A stretch of 64,000 bases of DNA from Candidatus Marinacidobacterium sp. (lineage in GTDB: Bacteria; Acidobacteriota; Vicinamibacteria; Marinacidobacterales; Marinacidobacteraceae), in NCBI GenBank assembly GCA_965204755.1, contig OZ242011.1, forward strand, positions 3,289,656 through 3,353,655, read 5' to 3'. The notes beneath the pieces are model-generated. The model was given only the letters and a program-made list of their open reading frames with translations, did not search any database and had not been told where the DNA came from. Made by a program: the position numbers and the translations under genes. Positions 57,436 to 64,000 of the stretch are shown one piece after another. Positions within the stretch are counted from its first letter, which is position 1, and every line of letters starts with the position of its first letter.

Positions 57436-58908
57436 CTACCGACGGGGGGCGGCGGGAGACGCCGCGCCGCCGCTCGACCGGAGGGAGCCGACGACGGCGA
57501 TGAGGGTGTTCAGCGCGGCGCCGAAGAGCCCGGCGTGGATCCCGAAGAGGCGCCCGTGGCCGGCGAGGATCAGCCCCGCCGCCAGCGCGGTTCCGGCGAG
57601 CAGGCCCCAAAACGCCGCGTCCGCCCGCAGCCTCGGCCAGGCCAGCCCCAGGAAGAAGACCGGCGCGGCCTGCACCAGCAGGTCCATCTTGAGTTCGAGG
57701 AGCCCCCAGAGGCTGATCCGGGGGGTGAGCGCGACCCCGGCGAGGACCGTCATCACCGCGATCGCGGTCCACTTCCCGATCCGGGTGATGCGCTCTTCGG
57801 CGGCTTCCCGCCCGCCGCGCCGCAGGAAGGGGGCGAGGAAGTCCTTCGCCAGCATCGAGGAGAGCGTGAGCAGCACCGAGTCGGCGGTGGACATGATCGC
57901 GGCGACCACGCCGACCACGGTGAGCACGCCGAGCCCGAACATCCAGCCGGACTCGTCCGCCCACCCGGCGAGGAGCGCCGGGAGCACCCGGTCCGCCGCC
58001 ACCCCTTCGAGCCCGCCCAGCCGGGGCAGGGCCAGGATCCCGACGAAGAACACCGGCAGGGTGGTGAAGAAGGGCAGGAACGCCATCGCCGCCACCGCCT
58101 TCCGCAGCGCCGGGGTTCCCGAGGCGGCGAAGATGCGCTGGATCGCCTGCGGATAGACCGCCCCGGAGAAGCCGATGAGCAGGACGGTGCTGGCCCAGCC
58201 GGAGAGGACCGGCCCCGAGGGGCGGAGCGCCTTCGCCGGCTCGTTGGCCAGGATCCACTCCGCGGCCTCCCCCAGGTCGTGGCCGGTGAAGAGCGCCGCG
58301 CCGAGCAGCCCGAAGAGGCCGACCGCGAGCAGGATCCCCTGCAGGCAGTCCGTCCAGGCGACGGCGCGGAGGCCGCCCAGCAGTTCGTAGCCGAGGATGG
58401 CGGCGGCGAGCACCGCCACGCCGGCGGCGTAGGGGACTTCGCCGCCGGAGAGCCCTTCCACCACATGCCCCATCGCCATGAGTTGGGCGAGCAGGTAGTT
58501 GACGATCGCCGCGGTCATGATCGCCGTCGCCGCCAGGGTGAGCCGGCGGGAGCGGAACCGCCAGTCGAGGTAGTCCGCCGGCGTGACGAAGCCGCGCCGC
58601 TCCGAGGCGGCCCGGAGGCGGGGGGCCATCACCAGATAGGCGGCGACGATGGCGAGCATGAACCCGACGCTCATCACCCAGGGGTAGCCGACGCGGTAGG
58701 CCTCGCCGGGGTAGCCGACCAGCGTGTTCCCGCTGTACTGGGTGGCGTAGAGCGTGAACAGCAGGACCACGCCGCCGAGGCTGCGGCCGGCGAGGTAGAA
58801 GTCGGCGAGCGACTCCGACTTCCGGGCGGCGCGCGCCCGGAGGCCGAGGAACGCCAGGACCGCGAGGTAGCCGGCGATCCCGGCCACCGCGGCCGCGGTG
58901 AAACTCAC
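57436..58908 (-). CDS. sodium:solute symporter family (SSF) transporter
   Basis: About 13 TM segments with SSF-like motifs (GRSLGGVVLLFTLYATQYSGNTLVGYPG). GTG start overlaps the DUF3311 stop. Confidence 0.75.
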   Translation of the reverse strand: MSFTAAAVAGIAGYLAVLAFLGLRARAARKSESLADFYLAGRSLGGVVLLFTLYATQYSGNTLVGYPGEAYRVGYPWVMSVGFMLAIVAAYLVMAPRLRAASERRGFVTPADYLDWRFRSRRLTLAATAIMTAAIVNYLLAQLMAMGHVVEGLSGGEVPYAAGVAVLAAAILGYELLGGLRAVAWTDCLQGILLAVGLFGLLGAALFTGHDLGEAAEWILANEPAKALRPSGPVLSGWASTVLLIGFSGAVYPQAIQRIFAASGTPALRKAVAAMAFLPFFTTLPVFFVGILALPRLGGLEGVAADRVLPALLAGWADESGWMFGLGVLTVVGVVAAIMSTADSVLLTLSSMLAKDFLAPFLRRGGREAAEERITRIGKWTAIAVMTVLAGVALTPRISLWGLLELKMDLLVQAAPVFFLGLAWPRLRADAAFWGLLAGTALAAGLILAGHGRLFGIHAGLFGAALNTLIAVVGSLRSSGGAASPAAPRR

Positions 58909-59216
58909 GCTCGGCCGGGCCGGTCGTCCGGCGCGGTCCCGGCGGCTCGTTCGGGCGGGTCCCCGCCGGGGGCGTCCGGGGCGTCCGCCGGGTCGTCGCT
59001 CCACCGGCGGAGCGCGAGGAACGCGGTCAGGACGCTGATCGCGAAGGTGAATCCCAGCGAGGCCAGCGCCCAGGCGGGCATCCCCAGCCGGATCGCGGGG
59101 GCGCCGCCGCCCGCCCACCACGGGATGGAGAGGGCGTAGAGGACGACGACCAGCGCGAGCAGCCGCGGCGAGTCCAAGGGCTCCCGCCGGGGGCGGTCGG
59201 GGACCGGTTCGGGCAC
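58905..59216 (-). CDS. DUF3311 small membrane protein (SSF partner)
   Basis: LLALVVVLYALSIPWW two-TM protein immediately upstream of the symporter with GTGA overlap, the known DUF3311-SSF pairing. Confidence 0.6.
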   Translation of the reverse strand: MPEPVPDRPRREPLDSPRLLALVVVLYALSIPWWAGGGAPAIRLGMPAWALASLGFTFAISVLTAFLALRRWSDDPADAPDAPGGDPPERAAGTAPDDRPGRA

Positions 59217-59480
59217 GGCGGCGACTCTACCCGCCGGCGGCGACTCCTACCCGCCGGCGGCGACTCCTGCCCGCCGGCGGCGAAGGTCGTGGGCCGTCGT
59301 TTCGGGGCTGCGAGAATCCGACGCCGACCGGGACCGACCGACGCCGACGGACGCCGACCGACGCCGGGCCGTCTCCGGTGACCGGCGCGCTGTCCGGCGC
59401 GCTGTCCGGCGCCCTGTCCGACTCGCTGTCCGGCGCGCGCTCCCATTCCTTCCCGACGCCCCCCTCGGAGAACCGAAACG

Positions 59481-60755
59481 ATGAACACTCACCCGCCGAC
59501 CCGCTCCTTCCCGCTGCTTCCCGCCGCGCTCGCCGCCGCCTTCGCCCTGTGCGCCGCTCCGGCCATCTCCGGCGGGAGCGCGCAGTCGGCCGGGCCCGAC
59601 CTCGCGGTCGTCGGCGGGCAGGTGCTCGATGTCCGGGCCGGGACCTTCTCCCGCGCCGAGGTCCTCATCGCCGACGGACGGATCACCGCGGTCGCGGAGG
59701 GCGCGGAAGTCCCGGAGGGGATCCCGGTCGTCGAGGCCGACGGGCGGTTCGTCCTGCCGGGGCTCATCGACGCCCACACGCACGCGGACCGGCTCTCGCA
59801 GGTGCGGCGCGCCCTGGAGTCGGGGGCGACCACGCTGCGGAGCGCGAGCGTCGGCTCCTACCGGGATGTGGCCATCGGCCGGCTGGTCAGCGAAGGGTTC
59901 CTCGCGGGGCCGGACTACCTCGGTGCCGGGGTGTTCGTCACGCCGAACCTCGGCGAAGCGCGGCTGGCGTCGGAGAGCCTCTTCGGGATGTCCGGCGCCG
60001 TCGAGAGCGAGGAGGACCTCCGGCTGCTCGTCCGGGTGAACGCCGAAAACGGCGTCCGCGCCGTCAAGACCCGCGCCACCGAACGCGCCGGGCTCCCCGA
60101 CACCGACCCGCGGAAGCAGGTGTTCACCGAGTCGCAGTTGCGGGCGATCGTCGAGGAGGCGGCGGCGCTGGGCATCCCGGTGCTCTGCCACGCCCACGGC
60201 GACGAGGGCGCCCGCGCCGCGGTGCTCGCCGGGGTCGCCAGCATCGAGCACGGCACCTTCCTGACCGAGGAGACGCTGCGGCTCATGGCGGAGCGCGGCA
60301 CGGCGCTCGTGCCGACCTACACCACGCTGGTGGACCTCGACGAACCGGGCGGCGACTACGACCACCCGGTGCTGACGCTCCGCGCCGACTTCATGGTGCC
60401 GCGGATGGTGGAGACCCTGCGGATGGCGCGCGAGATCGGCGTCCGGGTGGTCGCCGGCAGCGACACCTCCTACGACCCGGAGAGCGTGAGCCGCGTCGGC
60501 GTGGAAGTCGCCAACTTCGCGAAGTTGGGCTTCTCCCCCATCGAGGCGATCCGCAGCGCCACCCTCTACGCCGCCGAGTTGCTGCGGATCGAGGAAGACA
60601 CGGGAACCATCGAACCGGGCAAGGAAGCCGACCTCATCGTGCTCGCGGAAAACCCGCTCGACCACCCCGCGGCCATCCAGGATGTGATCGCCGTCATCTC
60701 GAACGGCCGCATCGCCCTGAACCGCCTCCCCTTCACCGCCGAACCCGAGGAGTGA
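59481..60755 (+). CDS. amidohydrolase-family metal-dependent hydrolase, secreted
   Basis: Signal peptide. LPGLIDAHTHAD metal-binding motif, HAHGDEG, SDTSYD. Confidence 0.75.
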   Translation: MNTHPPTRSFPLLPAALAAAFALCAAPAISGGSAQSAGPDLAVVGGQVLDVRAGTFSRAEVLIADGRITAVAEGAEVPEGIPVVEADGRFVLPGLIDAHTHADRLSQVRRALESGATTLRSASVGSYRDVAIGRLVSEGFLAGPDYLGAGVFVTPNLGEARLASESLFGMSGAVESEEDLRLLVRVNAENGVRAVKTRATERAGLPDTDPRKQVFTESQLRAIVEEAAALGIPVLCHAHGDEGARAAVLAGVASIEHGTFLTEETLRLMAERGTALVPTYTTLVDLDEPGGDYDHPVLTLRADFMVPRMVETLRMAREIGVRVVAGSDTSYDPESVSRVGVEVANFAKLGFSPIEAIRSATLYAAELLRIEEDTGTIEPGKEADLIVLAENPLDHPAAIQDVIAVISNGRIALNRLPFTAEPEE

Positions 60756-60859
60756 ATGCGGCCGGGCAGCCTGTCCCCGGCGCGCTACGCTCGGGTTTCG
60801 GAGGTGGTTCCGCGGACGGACCGGTTCGACGAAGCACCGCTCCGAAGGCGAGAAAACAC

Positions 60860-61417
60860 ATGGCTACGGATCCGCTTCCTCGGGAAGCCGTGCCGGACCG
60901 GTGGCACGAATTGCTGTTCGCGGTGCGGCGCTCCCGCCGCTACCACATGCGCCGGGAGCAGTTCTTCGCCCGGTTCCACCGCCTCTTCGCCTTCCTGATG
61001 GCGGTCGGCGCATCGGCCGCCTTCGCCGCGGTCTTGGCGGATCTGCCGGTTGCCGCGTGGCTCGCCGGACCGGTGGCGTTCCTCGGCGTCACCGCGCTCG
61101 CGTCCGCGCCTTCCTCCAAGGCGCTGGAGCACAACGAACTCACGCGAGCGTTCACGAGGCTCGAGCGGAAGATGCGCGTTCCCGAGCCGCAGATCACCGA
61201 GGCGGCTCTCGCGGCGCTGGAGAGGCGCCGGCTGGAACTCGAAGTCCGTGAACCGCCGACGCTGCAGGTGCTCAACCTGATCTGCCACAACGAGGAAGTG
61301 CTTGCCGGCGGCTACGGACGCGAGCACTTCTTCGAGTTGCGGTGGTACCAGCGGCTCCTCGCGTCCCTGTTCGACCTTCGGTCGAGCACCTTCCAGCGGC
61401 CATCCAACGGCGGCTGA
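60860..61417 (+). CDS. hypothetical membrane protein
   Basis: Internal ATG of ORF 59378..61417 ([11 protein letters not shown]). Two predicted TM helices. Confidence 0.45.
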   Translation: MATDPLPREAVPDRWHELLFAVRRSRRYHMRREQFFARFHRLFAFLMAVGASAAFAAVLADLPVAAWLAGPVAFLGVTALASAPSSKALEHNELTRAFTRLERKMRVPEPQITEAALAALERRRLELEVREPPTLQVLNLICHNEEVLAGGYGREHFFELRWYQRLLASLFDLRSSTFQRPSNGG

Positions 61418-61460
61418 ACCGGCGTCCGGCGGGGCGCGGCGGCCGTTTACACTCCGCCGC

Positions 61461-62636
61461 TTGCCCGAACACGACCTCCCGCTCAGGGACACCGAGACCC
61501 AGGCCGAGATCCGCCGGGCGGTCCGCGAATTCGCGGCCGCCGAGATCCTGCCGCACGCGGCGGAGTGGGACGAGCGGGAGCGGTTCCCCGGCGAAGTCGT
61601 CCGCAAGTTGGGCGCTCTCGGCTTCCTCGGCCCGATCTTCCCGGAGGAATACGGCGGCGCCGGGTTCGGCTACGGCGAATACGCGGTCCTCGTCGAGGAA
61701 CTCGCCCGCGCCGACGCCTCCGTCGCCATCACCGTGGCGGCGCATGTCTCGCTCGCCGCGAACCACATCTACGAGCAGGGCACGGAGGACCAGAAACGGC
61801 GTTTCCTCGTCCCGCTGGCCTCCGGCGAGGCGCTCGGCGCCTGGAGCCTCACCGAGCCCGGCGCCGGGAGCGACGCCGCCGGGACCCGCACCACCGCCGT
61901 CCGGAACGGGGACGGCTGGGTGCTCAACGGCAGCAAGACCTTCACCACGAACGGCTCCGTCGCCGACTACGCGGTCTGCATGGCCCTCACCGATCCCGCC
62001 CGGGGCGCCCGCGGCATCTCGGCGTTCCTCGTCGAGCGGGGGGCGCCGGGTTTCCGCGCCGGGCGGAAGGAGAAGAAGTTGGGGCACCGCGCCTCCGACA
62101 CCTCCGAGATGGTCTTCGAGGACTGCCGGGTGCCCGCCGACCGGATGCTCGGCGAACCCGGGTCGGGGTTCGCGGCGGCGATGAAGGTGCTGGACGGGGG
62201 CCGGATCAGCATCGCCGCGCTCTCGCTCGGCATCGCCCGGGCCGCCTACGAGCAGGCCGCCGCCTACGCCGGGGAGCGCCGGCAGTTCGACCGCCCCATC
62301 GGCGACTTCCAGGGGGTCCGCTTCCCGCTCGCCGACTGCGCGGTGGAGATCGAGGCGTCGCGGCTGCTCATCCAGCGCGCCGCCGCGCTCAAGGACAGCG
62401 GGGCGGCGACCACCACCGAGTCGGCGATGGCCAAACTCCACGCCAGCGAGACCGCCGTCCGGGTGACCAACCGGGCGGTGCAGATCCTGGGCGGCTACGG
62501 CTACACCCGCGAGTACCCGGTCGAGCGCTACCTCCGCGACGCCAAGTTGATGACCATCGGCGAAGGGACTTCGGAGATCCAGCGGCTGCTGATCGCCCGC
62601 AGCATCCTCGGCCGCGCCGGCGACGGCGCCGCGTAG
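61461..62636 (+). CDS. acyl-CoA dehydrogenase
   Basis: [22 protein letters not shown], and the C-terminal [35 protein letters not shown] motif. TTG start inferred. Confidence 0.8.
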   Translation: MPEHDLPLRDTETQAEIRRAVREFAAAEILPHAAEWDERERFPGEVVRKLGALGFLGPIFPEEYGGAGFGYGEYAVLVEELARADASVAITVAAHVSLAANHIYEQGTEDQKRRFLVPLASGEALGAWSLTEPGAGSDAAGTRTTAVRNGDGWVLNGSKTFTTNGSVADYAVCMALTDPARGARGISAFLVERGAPGFRAGRKEKKLGHRASDTSEMVFEDCRVPADRMLGEPGSGFAAAMKVLDGGRISIAALSLGIARAAYEQAAAYAGERRQFDRPIGDFQGVRFPLADCAVEIEASRLLIQRAAALKDSGAATTTESAMAKLHASETAVRVTNRAVQILGGYGYTREYPVERYLRDAKLMTIGEGTSEIQRLLIARSILGRAGDGAA

Positions 62637-62656
62637 CCTCCGGGGCGTCGGCGGCG

Positions 62657-63946
62657 GTGGCGGGGGACTCGCCGCGGACCGGGGATTTCGCCGCGCTGGT
62701 CGCGCGGCTTCGGGAAGGGGACCGGGCGGCGCTCGCCCGCGCCATCACCCGGCTGGAGTCCGGGGAGGAAGAGGCGGCGGTCGCGGCGGGGGGGCTCGCG
62801 TGGCCGTCCGACGCGCGGGTGGTCGCGCTCACCGGGCCGCCGGGGGTGGGGAAGAGCGCGCTCGCCGGCGCGCTGGCCGGAGTGTTCTCCGGGGCGTTCT
62901 CCGGGGCGTTCTCCGGGCAGGGCGCGGCGGGAGGGACGGGGGTGCTGGCGGTGGATCCGACCAGCCCCCGGAGCGGCGGGGCGCTGCTCGGCGACCGGGT
63001 GCGTCTCACGCCGCGCCCCGGGGTCTTCTTCCGCAGCATGGCGGCGCGGACCGGGGCCGGGGGGCTCGCGCCGGAGGTTCCGGGCGCGCTGCGGCTGATG
63101 GCGGCGGCGGGGATGACGCGGCTGCTGCTGGAGACCGCGGGCGTGGGGCAGGGGGACACGGCGGTGACGGGGTTGGCCGATCTCACGCTCGCGCTGACCG
63201 CGCCGGGGCTCGGCGACGAGGTGCAGGCGGCGAAGGCCGGACTCTTCGAGGTCGCGGACTTCGTGGTCGTGAACCAGTGCGACCGGGCGGGCGCGGAGGC
63301 GCTGGCCTCGCACTTCCGGGCGCTGCGGACGGCGTCGCCGGGGGGAACGGGGACGGGGGCGGGCGGGGCTGCGGCGGAGAGCGTGCGGCTGACTTCCGCG
63401 ACGGAAGGGGACGGGGTGGCGGAGTTGGCGGAGGCGGTCGAGGCCGCGCTCGCCGCGCGTCCGGCGCGGACACGGGCGCCGGCGGGTTCGGAGGCGGGGG
63501 CGGCGCCGTTTCCGGCGTTGCGGCTCCACCATGTGGGGCTCGCGGCGCGAGACGCCGACCGGGCGGCGGCGCTTTGGAGCGGGTTGCTGGGGCTGCGGGA
63601 GACCGGGCGCTACCGCGTGGACGAGTTCGGCGTCCTCGCGGCGTTCCTCGCCCCGGCGGGCGACGCCGGCGCGGAGGATCCCGGAGGGCTCGTGGAACTC
63701 GTCCAACCCGCCGGGGAGCGCGGCGCGGTGGCGAAGTTCCTCGAACGGCGCGGGCCGGGGCTCCACCATGTGTGTTTCGAGGTGGCGGACCTGGCGGCGG
63801 CGGTCCGGGCGCTGGCGGACCGCGGCGTCCGGCTGGTGGACGAGAAACCGCGGCGCGGGGCCGGGGGGCATCTCGTGGCCTTCGTCCACCCGGAGAGCGC
63901 CGGGGGCGTCCTGCTGGAGTTGAAGCAGGCGGAGCGTCGGGTCTGA
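62657..63946 (+). CDS. MeaB/ArgK-like GTPase fused to methylmalonyl-CoA epimerase (VOC/glyoxalase domain)
   Basis: GPPGVGKSAL P-loop, ETAGVGQ, VVNQCDR; then C-terminal LHHVGLAARD...LHHVCFEVADL VOC motifs. Confidence 0.7.
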   Translation: MAGDSPRTGDFAALVARLREGDRAALARAITRLESGEEEAAVAAGGLAWPSDARVVALTGPPGVGKSALAGALAGVFSGAFSGAFSGQGAAGGTGVLAVDPTSPRSGGALLGDRVRLTPRPGVFFRSMAARTGAGGLAPEVPGALRLMAAAGMTRLLLETAGVGQGDTAVTGLADLTLALTAPGLGDEVQAAKAGLFEVADFVVVNQCDRAGAEALASHFRALRTASPGGTGTGAGGAAAESVRLTSATEGDGVAELAEAVEAALAARPARTRAPAGSEAGAAPFPALRLHHVGLAARDADRAAALWSGLLGLRETGRYRVDEFGVLAAFLAPAGDAGAEDPGGLVELVQPAGERGAVAKFLERRGPGLHHVCFEVADLAAAVRALADRGVRLVDEKPRRGAGGHLVAFVHPESAGGVLLELKQAERRV

Positions 63947-64000
63947 CCCCGGGGCTGACCTGGGGGTGGCGCCCGGCCTTCGCGGCGGCCGTTTCGTAGG

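Noticed and set aside
53352-57503. Single 1383-aa plus ORF
   Set aside because: Chimeric open frame that starts inside the IS right end, passes through permease-antisense sequence and the AttH-like gene, and continues antisense across a real membrane-protein gene. Only the AttH-like segment is treated as coding.

Overview
This is a high-GC (roughly 70%) bacterial chromosomal segment, densely coding on both strands. I count about 58 CDS, one tRNA-Arg(CCT) and one IS1634-family insertion sequence. Many long M-start ORFs in the track are GC-rich antisense or wrong-frame artefacts; I resolved these by motif content.

Core content:
- a redox operon of a pyridine nucleotide-disulfide oxidoreductase, a DedA protein and a multiheme cytochrome c;
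- rnhB, a family-4 uracil-DNA glycosylase, a methylmalonyl-CoA mutase catalytic subunit, apt, acyP and a trans-sulfuration PLP enzyme;
- a SorAB-like sulfite dehydrogenase;
- a form-II CoxSLM-DE plus XdhC cluster;
- a MacB-type ABC exporter with an AttH-like lipoprotein;
- an SSF symporter with its DUF3311 partner;
- an acyl-CoA dehydrogenase and a MeaB-epimerase fusion.

Three visibly lower-GC accessory islets are embedded.
- Islet 1, 5.1-8.1 kb: a Lamassu/ABC-3C-like three-gene system (LmuA-like effector, small middle ORF, LmuB-like SMC ATPase).
- Islet 2, 18.4-19.7 kb: an orphan AAA_15/21 ATPase with a remnant of a lost partner gene.
- Islet 3, 29-41.9 kb: the most unusual. It holds a NYN RNase; a standalone paralog of the N-terminal domain of a 1307-aa PglX-like N6-adenine methyltransferase, followed by that methyltransferase; a PLD-SNF2 nuclease-helicase; an internally deleted duplicate of an AAA ATPase followed by the intact ATPase; an ABC/DUF3696 ATPase; and an orphan HicB antitoxin.
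- The ~1.2 kb non-coding stretch (27.84-29.08 kb) at the left edge of islet 3 carries at least three diverged tandem copies of a ~150-nt promoter-bearing element with hairpins and poly-C tracts. This is a candidate novel sRNA family.

An IS1634-family element has split the FtsX permease gene and generated a 601-bp target duplication.
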